The notes beneath the pieces are model-generated. The model did not search any database, was not told the DNA's origin, and saw only the letters and a list, made by a program, of their open reading frames with translations. The position numbers were made by a program, and so were the translations under genes. A stretch of 64,000 nucleotides of DNA, taken from Bacteroidales bacterium. Its GTDB lineage: Bacteria; Bacteroidota; Bacteroidia; Bacteroidales; UBA4181. The stretch's first letter is position 1; every line of letters starts with the position of its first letter. The stretch is from assembly GCA_031551645.1 (NCBI GenBank), contig JAVBNI010000001.1, positions 10,902 to 74,901 of the forward strand, given 5' to 3'. Shown piece by piece: positions 27,233-36,833 of the stretch.

Positions 27233-30200
27233 TTAAACCCGGATGCCGATTAGCAGAACATCATCGACTTGATCAATATCCCCCTTCCAAAGGTCAAAGT
27301 TTTCTTTAATCACCCGATGTTGCTCGTCCATATTCCGGTTATGAATATCATTAAAAACATTTTGCAGCCGGTTCATTTTAAATTTCTTCCCTCCCGGGCC
27401 ACCAAATTGGTCGGCATATCCATCGGTAAACAAATAAATCACATCTCCTGGAGACAGTTGCATTTCCACCATTTCAAAGGATTTATTTTCCAGCACCTGC
27501 CCACCGATCGACGAACGGCTACCCTTATATGAAGTCGCAGCTCCATCGTGATAGACGACGAACGGACGCATGGCTGAGGCAATCTTTACCTGATGTGTTT
27601 CGGTATTGATTTCGCACACGGAAAGATCCATCCCATCATTCGCCTGTTCCGATTCCCGGTTTTGATTCAGCGTCGATTGAATATTTTCATCCAAACGATA
27701 GAGTATATCCAAAGGTGATCGAACGTCAGGACGTATGGCAATATCTTTAATAAGCGTAGTCCCGATAAGTGACATAAACGCTCCGGGAACACCGTGTCCG
27801 GTTGAATCGGCACAAACGATCAACAAGTTCTTGGTCTGTGGAAAATACTCAAACCAATAAAAATCACCGCTAACAATATCCCGGGGCCGGTAAAAAACGA
27901 ACGCTTCGGTACAATGCTCGAGTAACGTGCTGGTCGATGGCAACACACTGAATTGGATACGTTGGGCATAGTTGATACTATCGGTAATATCCCTGTTTTT
28001 GTTCTCGATCTCTTCTTTTTGTTCACGGACTTCTTTGGTTCGCGCAGCCAATTCCCGCTCCAGGTATTCCTGTTGTATCCGGTGGTTACGTTCCCTGACC
28101 ATGATAATCACGTACACAACACCCACCACAGCGCCTATTACCAGAATAGTAAACCACCATGATTTCCAGAAAGGCTTACGCACTTTCAATGAAAACAAAA
28201 GTGTTTTTTCGGTACAGTTATCACTATTGCAAGCTTTCACCCACAGCTTATAGTCTCCGTCTTCCAAACGGGGATAAGTCACAAAACCAGCATTTGACGG
28301 CGCCGACCATTCACTGTCATATCCTTCCAATATATATTGATAAGTCACTGATCCGGGGTTACGAAACTGTAATCCGATGAAATCGAACTGTACCTTATAA
28401 CGTCCATATGATAAAGTTACCGGTTGATATGGATTATAATTTTTTTCGCCAATCATCACATCGGTTAGATTCAACATCGGCGCCTGATTCTGGTTTTTAT
28501 CTGCAACCAGGTTATACACAAGTACCCCGTCGGTAAGCCCCACCAGCATTTCACCGCTATTGTTCACCAGCATTGCATTGGGGTTTACGTCACCGGTGAT
28601 ACCGACCTCGTGTCCGAACTGCATAATGGTATGCCGTTGAGTATTGATACGACTCATTCCCAAGCGATGTCCCGCCCATAGATGATCGTTGTCGTCAACA
28701 ACCATCGCATAGCAAAAATCGGATTTCAAACCATCAAGCGTCGTGAAGTGGTAAACCGTATCATGCGCTATGTCGAACATATAAATACCACGCCCAAGCG
28801 TCCCTGCCCAAAAATTTCCGTTGTTATCACTGGTAACAGTTGAAAATTCGATTTCACTTTCACCTTCAAGGGTGTATTTTTTGTCTTCATTAACTGCAAC
28901 AATTGAGTTGCTATTAGTTGCTATCCAAATAATATTTTCCCGGTCTTTATATATATCGCGGATATTGTTATGCGGCAATCCTTCGGAAGTGTTTTTTGCC
29001 TCAACCGCCCCGGTTTGCGTATTTACAATAATCACCCCATTACGCGATGCATACCATATCTTGCCGTCCAACGAAGTGATAGCCTGTATGGCATTGGACA
29101 AGGAATTCTCCGAACGATAAACTAAAAATACCTGATGGGTATCTTTAACCATTTTATAAAGGCCGCTTTTTTCGGTACCAATCCATAAATCACCTTTCGC
29201 ATCCGTGTGTAAAGCCGTAATCCTATCATTAGGCACCCCATTGGCACGTCCTAAAACAACCGTTTTTTGCTCGGATTTTGATGTTATCTTCATCATAACA
29301 CCTATACCTGCAACCCAATATTCGGAGTCGTCAACCGATAAAAGAGCTGTTGCATTATTACCGATCGACTCTGTATTTTCGAAAAACGAGATTGCCAGGT
29401 TGGTCAAACACGCCAAGCCTTGTCCGTAGGTACCTACCCAAAGGTTTTGTTGGTTATCAAAAAACACTTGCTTGACAAAATCAGTACCCAAGCCGTTCGT
29501 GCTGTTGTAATTGAATATTTTTCCAATAGTCAGATCCGGTGCATACCGTACCCTGAAAAGTCCTTCACCAAGAGTCGATATCCAAAGGCTGTTTTGTTCA
29601 TCCTCATAGATCGATTGTACCCGCGCATCTTCAAGGCTGGGAATATCCATTTTATGTACCATGTATTCGCTCCCTGTAAAACTGATATTAAATATGCCAT
29701 CATCCTCAGTAGCTACCCAGAAATTATGGGATTTCTTTTGCGGAATGATCGCCTGAACTGTCATTCCTGACAACTGATCCACAGCTGCGTTGAAATCTAG
29801 GTTTGAACGGTTTTTCTGATAATCGTAAATATACAATCCATCCTGGCAACCGATAAACATCCTGTTTTCATCAATAAAGCAAGCAGAATGAATCAACTTG
29901 TCTTCAAAACCTTGTGAAAGATATTCTACTTTCTGCCCGGTAATGCGTGTTATTCCTTCTGTCTGGGTCACAACCAAGATTTCACCCTTAGGCGCTTGTA
30001 TGATCTGGTTGACGGATGTATTGCTTTGCGAAGTATCAGCAGGGAAAAAGTTGTAACCATCATATTTCACAACAAGCCCATCATTATACCCGAACCACAC
30101 GTTACCGGTAGTATCTCTGAAAGCGGTTGTAACATTGGCTAACGGCAAATCGTTCTCTGGCGTTTCGAAGTTGAATCCATCGTAACGGCAAAGGCCCATC

Positions 30201-30376
30201 CCGGTGGCAAACCAGATAAAACCATGTTTATCCTGCGTAATGGAATAAATGGTATGGTGACAAATACCCTTATCGATACCATACTGTTGGAACTTATAAA
30301 TCTGGGCATAGTTGGTGTGGCATGGTAAAATAAGGATTCCCAGCAAGGCCACAAACAAAGCAACCGTGTTTCTCAT
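27233..30376 (-). CDS. Periplasmic beta-propeller/Y_Y_Y sensor fused to a cytoplasmic PP2C-type (SpoIIE) Ser/Thr phosphatase
   Basis: 1047 aa. After the signal come repeated two-component-regulator-propeller units (GFIWFATGMGLCRYDG, NLWVGTYGQGL, DLWIGTEKSGLY, NFWAGTLGRGIY). A Y_Y_Y domain follows (YQYILEGYDSEWS...YPRLEDGDYKLWVKA), then a TM helix (WWFTILVIGAVVGVVYVIIMV), a coiled coil, and a PP2C/SpoIIE domain (SGDFYWF...CADSTGHGVPGAFMS...NDGMDLSV...LFTDGYADQFGG). Confidence 0.85.
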   Translation of the reverse strand: MRNTVALFVALLGILILPCHTNYAQIYKFQQYGIDKGICHHTIYSITQDKHGFIWFATGMGLCRYDGFNFETPENDLPLANVTTAFRDTTGNVWFGYNDGLVVKYDGYNFFPADTSQSNTSVNQIIQAPKGEILVVTQTEGITRITGQKVEYLSQGFEDKLIHSACFIDENRMFIGCQDGLYIYDYQKNRSNLDFNAAVDQLSGMTVQAIIPQKKSHNFWVATEDDGIFNISFTGSEYMVHKMDIPSLEDARVQSIYEDEQNSLWISTLGEGLFRVRYAPDLTIGKIFNYNSTNGLGTDFVKQVFFDNQQNLWVGTYGQGLACLTNLAISFFENTESIGNNATALLSVDDSEYWVAGIGVMMKITSKSEQKTVVLGRANGVPNDRITALHTDAKGDLWIGTEKSGLYKMVKDTHQVFLVYRSENSLSNAIQAITSLDGKIWYASRNGVIIVNTQTGAVEAKNTSEGLPHNNIRDIYKDRENIIWIATNSNSIVAVNEDKKYTLEGESEIEFSTVTSDNNGNFWAGTLGRGIYMFDIAHDTVYHFTTLDGLKSDFCYAMVVDDNDHLWAGHRLGMSRINTQRHTIMQFGHEVGITGDVNPNAMLVNNSGEMLVGLTDGVLVYNLVADKNQNQAPMLNLTDVMIGEKNYNPYQPVTLSYGRYKVQFDFIGLQFRNPGSVTYQYILEGYDSEWSAPSNAGFVTYPRLEDGDYKLWVKACNSDNCTEKTLLFSLKVRKPFWKSWWFTILVIGAVVGVVYVIIMVRERNHRIQQEYLERELAARTKEVREQKEEIENKNRDITDSINYAQRIQFSVLPSTSTLLEHCTEAFVFYRPRDIVSGDFYWFEYFPQTKNLLIVCADSTGHGVPGAFMSLIGTTLIKDIAIRPDVRSPLDILYRLDENIQSTLNQNRESEQANDGMDLSVCEINTETHQVKIASAMRPFVVYHDGAATSYKGSRSSIGGQVLENKSFEMVEMQLSPGDVIYLFTDGYADQFGGPGGKKFKMNRLQNVFNDIHNRNMDEQHRVIKENFDLWKGDIDQVDDVLLIGIRV

Positions 30377-30510
30377 GATTCGTTACCTAATTTTTTAAGT
30401 ACTCGTTTATAAATAATCGACGTTTTTGCCTTGATGTATAATATTGATTTATGTAATTTGTTCGCCTGAATGGCGTAGTCGGACAGGCGCTCATTTTCAA
30501 TTCTCAACTA

Positions 30511-31509
30511 TTATTTGGCAGGACTTCCTTTCTTGCGCGCATTGATCGCGGGTTTATATTTTGGCACCCCACCAATAGGGCTGGCAAAGAATGGAAGTAA
30601 CTCATTACGTTGGTTACGCACATTGATTACCACGTTGTTGTTTTTAACCGGGGAATTTTTCCTTTTGATAAATTGGAAATCGAGCGATTTTCCTTTTTCT
30701 CCGTCCATAACAGCAAATTCACTTTCAGCCCATACGGCATCTTTCGATACGGTACAAAACTGTTCACGCCGGACTTCAGACGAAACACGAATTACCCCGT
30801 CGTCGTCCCAATCGAAATTTCCCTGCCTTACTTTGAGACATTCCTGGTCTATATAAGGATATATGTGTGACACTTGTTGGGGGTTATCATGCATACGAAA
30901 TGAATATTCGTATGCAAAAGCATTACCGCCCTCAATCGGGATATTTTCATTGGCCGATGTACTTAAAAAATAGCGGTACATGTTTCCGTCATCACCAGCG
31001 ATTCCATCGCAAATCACTTTGAAAACATAACAGCCGAACTTGGAATCGAATTCACCTTCGGTAGGGTTGAACGGCCCAAAAGTATACCATTTATTGTCGT
31101 ATTTCGGATCGACGCCAAATGTTTTAGTTGCCAGCAGGTTTCCACTTTTATAATTTCCTACGGGATCGACCCCCTTTGCGTCAGGATGTGACCACGCTTC
31201 CTTACCACCATATACGGAATACTGCATTTTGGTATCGAACACACCATTCAACTCATCATACATTCCACCGATATCGGGATCAAACACACGAATGAAAACC
31301 ATACCTTTATAAGTCTCGGGTACCTGGAAGAAAAATGTCTGTGAAAAATCATCATCACCCCACAAAATATCCGCTTTATTCCCAAAAGTCATCAAAAAAG
31401 GGATATTTTCTTCTTCCGAAGGAACGGCTTGCGCATGTAAACTAAATCCTATAAAAAGCAGAAAAACAGAAATAAAAAAACCTTTCACTTTCAAATAATT
31501 AAATTTCAA
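30511..31509 (-). CDS. Secreted protein of unknown function
   Basis: 332 aa with a signal peptide (FLLFIGFSLHAQA) and a basic C-terminal tail (KYKPAINARKKGSPAK). I recognise no family motif. It lies immediately upstream of the sensor-phosphatase on the same strand. Confidence 0.6.
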   Translation of the reverse strand: MKFNYLKVKGFFISVFLLFIGFSLHAQAVPSEEENIPFLMTFGNKADILWGDDDFSQTFFFQVPETYKGMVFIRVFDPDIGGMYDELNGVFDTKMQYSVYGGKEAWSHPDAKGVDPVGNYKSGNLLATKTFGVDPKYDNKWYTFGPFNPTEGEFDSKFGCYVFKVICDGIAGDDGNMYRYFLSTSANENIPIEGGNAFAYEYSFRMHDNPQQVSHIYPYIDQECLKVRQGNFDWDDDGVIRVSSEVRREQFCTVSKDAVWAESEFAVMDGEKGKSLDFQFIKRKNSPVKNNNVVINVRNQRNELLPFFASPIGGVPKYKPAINARKKGSPAK

Positions 31510-31633
31510 TATTTTTAATCACACGAGTATACTTCCGGATGTATCATCGCCTTGACATATGATAACAAATAAAAAATACTTTTTCCATAAAGATGTATAC
31601 GTTTTTTGGATAAAAGAAGTTACACAAAGTATG

Positions 31634-32323
31634 TCATAACAATCTTTTTATTCGAAGATTCCGTATTTCGCCCGTAGTAAGATAAGTCGACAGTCCCAGC
31701 GACGTGGCTAAAATTCCTCCGCGAAGGTGGATTTTCTTACCGGCTGTTGCTATATCAACAACCTGCACGGTATCAACCGAAGCCTGTATACTGTCGGGTG
31801 TAACGCGCAATTGCACCGGATACCATCGGTCATCCCTGAAGGTAATGTAGGTTGTGGTTTCGTTATCCGATGCATCATAACCGTCAATACTGGATAAACC
31901 ACACGTTGAACCACCCCATCCGCCAACAACCAAGGTGGCGTAAGTATCATTATACGAGAAAGTCAAGCCGGCAAAAAAATCGTGCCCATCTATACGTTTT
32001 GCTTCAAATGCAATCATGTAGTTATTCGCCGGTAAAGGTTCGCCAATCCATTGTACCCCGGTCAATGTCCCGTTAATTGCCATGGGTAGGACAAGGATAT
32101 ATCCTTCCATATAAGGGTTACCCTCGCCACCGTACCGGATAGTTTCCCACCGGGATAGCGTATCTTTATCTATCAGAAGATCCCAGCCTTCAAAGACCGG
32201 CTGTTTGTCTTCCACAACTGTTACCGATTCCGTGTGTCGTCCACTTTGAGATGAACGCTTGCATGAAGCGGTTAACAGGGCAATTAACCAAACGTACAAG
32301 ATAAAAAGATATCTGACTTTCAT
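31634..32323 (-). CDS. Lipoprotein, possibly of concanavalin/LamG-like (DUF1080-type) fold
   Basis: 229 aa with a lipobox (LLTASC). The beta-rich sequence includes VVGGWGGSTCGLSSIDGYDASDNETT. The family assignment is tentative. Confidence 0.35.
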   Translation of the reverse strand: MKVRYLFILYVWLIALLTASCKRSSQSGRHTESVTVVEDKQPVFEGWDLLIDKDTLSRWETIRYGGEGNPYMEGYILVLPMAINGTLTGVQWIGEPLPANNYMIAFEAKRIDGHDFFAGLTFSYNDTYATLVVGGWGGSTCGLSSIDGYDASDNETTTYITFRDDRWYPVQLRVTPDSIQASVDTVQVVDIATAGKKIHLRGGILATSLGLSTYLTTGEIRNLRIKRLL

Positions 32324-32364
32324 GATTTCCTGATTTCGAAATATGCGTTCCGATACAAAAATAC

Positions 32365-32372
32365 TATTTTTG
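32365..32372 (+). promoter_or_regulatory. Bacteroidota -7 promoter box (TAnnTTTG)
   Basis: TATTTTTG lies 21 bp upstream of the tilS ATG. Confidence 0.4.
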
Positions 32373-32392
32373 TGTCAAATTGACCAGATATC

Positions 32393-33772
32393 ATGTCCCA
32401 TTCACTTCAAGAATTATTTGCCCGTTACATCAACCGGCAAAAATTACTACCTGCCGGCAGTAAGGTATTAGCCGCAGTGAGCGGTGGGATTGATTCCATG
32501 GTCATGCTTCATTTATTACATGGAATAGGAGTAGATTGCGCTGCTGCACATTGTAATTTCAGTTTAAGAGGAAGCGAATCGGACGAAGACGAACAATTTG
32601 TCAAAACACAAGCTGACAAACTCGGAATTCCGGCATATGTAACCCGGTTTGATACGACCGCATTTGCCACGCAAAATGGGATCTCCATACAAATGGCTGC
32701 ACGTGAATTGCGATACAGCTGGTTCGACGAATTATCCACCCGACATCATTACAATTATATCGCCATTGCCCACAATCGCAACGACAGGATCGAAACACTG
32801 TTTATCAATCTGGCACGTGGTACCGGCATACGAGGACTGAAAAGCATCCAGGTCCGGAACAGAAAAATTATCCGGCCTTTACTTTTCGCTTCGCGCGAAG
32901 AAATTACCGCATATGCCCAACAACAGCAAATCGGATTTCGCGAAGACTCAAGCAATTCGGGCGACAAATATGTACGTAACCATATCCGGCACCACCTTAT
33001 CCCCAATCTCGAACAATATTTTCCCGGTCTGCAACCAACTATCGAACGCGACATGGAACAGTTTGCCGGTATTGAGGCTTTTTACAATGAGGCTATTGAG
33101 CGATACCGACAGCAGATCGTTTTCGAAAAGGATGGTCAACAATACATCAACCTTCAGGAGTTGATGAAAAGCCCCTCTCCCACTACCCTGTTATACGAAA
33201 TAATCAGGCCATTTGGGTTTTCGAATGCGATGGTTGACGAAATTTTGGATCATGTGTTTCGTTCGGGCCGGCAGTTTTTTAGCGATACCCACCGTTTGAT
33301 CTGTGACAGACAGACAATAATCATCAGCGCTCTGAAAGATGACCCAGCACATGAATATCTGATAGAAGAGGGCGTTAGCGAGTTATTGACTCCTTTTCAC
33401 TTAACGATAAAATATTTTGATATGTATCTGGGATTTAAGCCTGATCTCGACCCTCACATTGCCTGTATTGACAAGGATAAACTTCGTTTCCCTCTGATAT
33501 TAAGACATTGGCAACATGGAGACAAGTTCCGGCCTCTTGGAATGAAAAACATGAAAAAACTCAGCGATTTTTTTATCGACCAAAAACTATCCCTTATCGA
33601 AAAAGAACGGACATGGGTATTGGTTTCTGGTGAAGATATTGCATGGATAGCCGGTTACAGGATCGACGACCGGTTCAAAATTACCAGCGACACAAAATGT
33701 ATTGTAAAATTTGAATGCCCGGACTATAGTGCATTTAAGTTTGGGATTGCTTCGGCTACTGCCTACCAATGA
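32393..33772 (+). CDS. tilS: tRNA(Ile)-lysidine synthetase
   Basis: 459 aa with the PP-loop SGGIDSMVMLHLL. The length and C-terminal domain are typical of TilS. Confidence 0.9.
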   Translation: MSHSLQELFARYINRQKLLPAGSKVLAAVSGGIDSMVMLHLLHGIGVDCAAAHCNFSLRGSESDEDEQFVKTQADKLGIPAYVTRFDTTAFATQNGISIQMAARELRYSWFDELSTRHHYNYIAIAHNRNDRIETLFINLARGTGIRGLKSIQVRNRKIIRPLLFASREEITAYAQQQQIGFREDSSNSGDKYVRNHIRHHLIPNLEQYFPGLQPTIERDMEQFAGIEAFYNEAIERYRQQIVFEKDGQQYINLQELMKSPSPTTLLYEIIRPFGFSNAMVDEILDHVFRSGRQFFSDTHRLICDRQTIIISALKDDPAHEYLIEEGVSELLTPFHLTIKYFDMYLGFKPDLDPHIACIDKDKLRFPLILRHWQHGDKFRPLGMKNMKKLSDFFIDQKLSLIEKERTWVLVSGEDIAWIAGYRIDDRFKITSDTKCIVKFECPDYSAFKFGIASATAYQ

Positions 33773-33843
33773 CAGATTTGCGTAAATTGCTGATTTTAAG
33801 ACAATCTGTCATAATCGCATTGTGCCACATTTTTTGGGGGTAG

Positions 33844-33888
33844 CCTCTCGCAATGACGTATTACCGTTCGTCATTGCGAATTGCGAGG
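33844..33888. terminator. Hairpin region between convergent genes (tilS and an OMP gene), with two mutually exclusive stems
   Basis: cgcaatgacg (33849-33858) pairs with cgtcattgcg (33869-33878) over 10 bp. Alternatively ctcgcaat (33847-33854) pairs with attgcgag (33880-33887). No clear U-run follows. Confidence 0.4.
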
Positions 33889-33986
33889 TACGAGCGATGA
33901 AGCAATCTAATTTTGTACAACTTAGCGTAAGCGATCTCACCGCAAGCAAGAACTTGACCGTGAAAGATATAAATAAAAATGTACGT

Positions 33987-35261
33987 TTATTCGTACTTCT
34001 CTTTAGCAAACCAGAACTCGATCAGTGAAAAATTGACAGAAAGCAACGCATAATTTTCGGTAATGCCGCCTCGTTTGCCTGTGGCGGATTGTCCAAGATT
34101 AAGAGCAACATTCACATACGAACGATTCTTAAATGGCAACCCGAAACCTACCGAAACGGAATAATCTTTCTGTTGATGGCCGTTTACCAGTAAATATGAC
34201 TCGTTGTAAGAAGCGCCTATCTGATAACGGATCAACTGCAGGTAGTTTACAGGCCGTTTAATATTGGGAATGACTTGTAATCCGACACTGTACAGGCGGC
34301 TATCGGTATATCGTATCCCACTTTGCTTCGATGGATCAACCGACCAGTCCTGCTGGTAAAAATCGGCTCCCAGCAACCATTGATGATTTCTCTTATTACG
34401 CAAGATCGAAAAACCCGCCCCGAAAGATTGGGGAACATAGGCCTTCTGATCGGGCATGGCCGCATTCTTTAATGTACTTCCGGTATTTGCCATAATATTA
34501 ATGTGCCGCCCCATATTGATATCGGCCTTATAACCATATACTCCTCCTACAGTAACTCTTGTATGGCCACTAAAGGAACGCGAGTATTGCATACCAAAGT
34601 CGAAATATATCTTGTTGGCCTCATACGTATTTTTGATGGTCATTGCTTTTTCTTCCGAGCTATGCGAAACGGTACCAAATAAATACGAAGCTGTTGCTCC
34701 AATCGATAATCCACGGAATATTTCAAGAGAGTTAGCCCAATAAAATTTATTAATACCGCCATCCCCGGTATATCTCACTGGATAGATTATCTGGTTTCCA
34801 TTTTCATCAAAACCGCCTAAAACCGATTCATATCCCACCATGTGATAGCCCACATTGCTATAAGGAGCCACCCCGACACTGGTCGTCCACATTTTGGACA
34901 CACGGAATCCGACAGCGATATTCTTGAAATTGAAATTGGTCGTCCGTTCTTTTTGGGTTGCGGTACTGAATTCGGAAAGTTTCATCGCCGCCGACAAATC
35001 GAAAATAAAAGTCAATGTATCGATACCGCTCAAACCTGCCGGATTGCGGCGATTTAAATAATCGGTTGACTTAACGCCAATCCCCACATTTCCCATCCCG
35101 GTTGTTCGTCCAAAATCGCGCGTCTCAATTTCACCTATCCCGAGTATGGAAAAAGGCGAACTGGTACTATTCTGCGCCAACCCATCCCCACAGGCCATCA
35201 GAACCGCAACAACACATGCAATAAATACTTGAAATCGAATCGTAAAAATATATTTAGTCAT
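33987..35261 (-). CDS. Outer-membrane beta-barrel protein (FadL/porin-like), function unknown
   Basis: 424 aa with a signal peptide. It has an SPFSILGIGE motif, alternating amphipathic beta-strand patterning, and the C-terminal sequence ...LSVNFSLIEFWF. Confidence 0.5.
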   Translation of the reverse strand: MTKYIFTIRFQVFIACVVAVLMACGDGLAQNSTSSPFSILGIGEIETRDFGRTTGMGNVGIGVKSTDYLNRRNPAGLSGIDTLTFIFDLSAAMKLSEFSTATQKERTTNFNFKNIAVGFRVSKMWTTSVGVAPYSNVGYHMVGYESVLGGFDENGNQIIYPVRYTGDGGINKFYWANSLEIFRGLSIGATASYLFGTVSHSSEEKAMTIKNTYEANKIYFDFGMQYSRSFSGHTRVTVGGVYGYKADINMGRHINIMANTGSTLKNAAMPDQKAYVPQSFGAGFSILRNKRNHQWLLGADFYQQDWSVDPSKQSGIRYTDSRLYSVGLQVIPNIKRPVNYLQLIRYQIGASYNESYLLVNGHQQKDYSVSVGFGLPFKNRSYVNVALNLGQSATGKRGGITENYALLSVNFSLIEFWFAKEKYE

Positions 35262-35290
35262 TAAAATCTTGATTTGACGGTCTCTGGCGG

Positions 35291-36655
35291 TTAATATTGA
35301 TTATAAATACTGTAGGTCACTCGCAACATCACTTGGTTACCCTTGCTTTCCGGTCCGCTTTTGTAGAAAAAATGTTGGTCGCCGAATACCATCCGTTGAA
35401 ATTCGTTATGTACCGGATATCCATTTTGATCCCTGTCAGGTATGGCAATTCTCAAAGACCACTTGTTGTAACCTTCGGCCCCCAATTGACCTGAAATAAA
35501 GTCGGTGATATTATATGAATAATAATACTTATCGGGCTGATCACGATAATCATTATTTAAATTACCAGTCATTATTGTTTTACCATCTGTGAGAAGCGTC
35601 TCACTTCCAAATCCTTTATCACTCAATGGATTATGTTGATAAAGATTAAGCGCAGGAGGCAACGGTACCGTATCATACGAATGACGAACCGGGCGTATAA
35701 TGAGTTGTGCGCTTTCTATGGTAACAATTTCACCCCAGTTCAGCAACTGGTTCAGTGTTGGAAACTCTATTTGCGTATATAAAACAGGACCACTCTGGAC
35801 AATCCCCATATTACGGGTTAATTCTGTTGGCTTGGGTTGATCCTTCGATGTAATTTGCAGGTAATCCGGGCGTTGTGTAATGTATTGGTTGAACTGTTTC
35901 ATATTATTCACCTTGAATTTCATGGCCGTATCCACCCGGTGTATTACTGTTTTATGATAATATATCTTAATCTGGCACGCCGAATCAGCCACCACAAACC
36001 CATAAATACATGGATTCGGGCTTATATCACTTGGCTCAAGGGCCAGGCCCGGGAATGTTTTCAGGAAGTTATCCGACTTCATGTCATCGTCATCATTGAC
36101 GATTCCCCAAAAAAGTTTCTCCCCGAACTCATCCGGTAACCTGAGTTCTATTTTTCTTTTTTTTGCAGCCCTGACCCTGAAGGTCATATCCTTCACCATA
36201 TCGCCAACCGGAACGGACGAAGTGGAATACATTTCCCCGAAGTCGCTCTGGAACTGCATGGGTTTCACTAACCGGGAAATTTTCATTGCGGCATGTTGCA
36301 CTGTATCACCATAATAAATTCCGAAGGGAAACAATACTAATGTAACGGAATCGAATTTGGCATATTTGTCACGTTCTATGTCATTCGTCCTGTTAAACTC
36401 CATAAAAGTCCTCGCAGTAGACGTTCCCAAATAGGGATCGTGGTAACGGCCTGCATACGCTTTGCCTGTTTGAGCGGTAATCACCGAATCAACAGCTATA
36501 ATAGATAATTTTACAGACAAAGTGTCCACCATAACCGCTTTGGTATAGGGTTCTGACAAATAAGTCCCAATCCTGAAATCGTCATTTTTACATGAAAATA
36601 AAAAAATACTCACCAACAAGCCGATACCGGCAATCTTCAACATATACTTTATCAT
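35291..36655 (-). CDS. DUF4270-like lipoprotein
   Basis: 454 aa with a lipobox (FLFSC). The N-terminal pattern (D...VDTLSVKLSIIAVDSVITAQ...AGRYHDPYLGT) matches my recollection of DUF4270. This is not verified. Confidence 0.45.
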   Translation of the reverse strand: MIKYMLKIAGIGLLVSIFLFSCKNDDFRIGTYLSEPYTKAVMVDTLSVKLSIIAVDSVITAQTGKAYAGRYHDPYLGTSTARTFMEFNRTNDIERDKYAKFDSVTLVLFPFGIYYGDTVQHAAMKISRLVKPMQFQSDFGEMYSTSSVPVGDMVKDMTFRVRAAKKRKIELRLPDEFGEKLFWGIVNDDDDMKSDNFLKTFPGLALEPSDISPNPCIYGFVVADSACQIKIYYHKTVIHRVDTAMKFKVNNMKQFNQYITQRPDYLQITSKDQPKPTELTRNMGIVQSGPVLYTQIEFPTLNQLLNWGEIVTIESAQLIIRPVRHSYDTVPLPPALNLYQHNPLSDKGFGSETLLTDGKTIMTGNLNNDYRDQPDKYYYSYNITDFISGQLGAEGYNKWSLRIAIPDRDQNGYPVHNEFQRMVFGDQHFFYKSGPESKGNQVMLRVTYSIYNQY

Positions 36656-36833
36656 AAATCCTATTTGTGGACTTTTAACATGTCATTATAAGCGAAAAAG
36701 CTAAAAACATAACCGCAATAATAACGTGTCGTGTTGCATTTTATTTTGTCACCTCTGTTTTTACCTGTAACTGATCAAAAATAAAATAAACTGCAAAACT
36801 AATAAAAATCCGGTTAAGCATGAATTTTGTTTC

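Noticed and set aside
33809-34028. 66-aa (minus) and 68-aa (plus) ORFs after tilS
   Set aside because: They overlap each other, the convergent terminator hairpins and the 3' end of the OMP gene. No coding features are recognisable.
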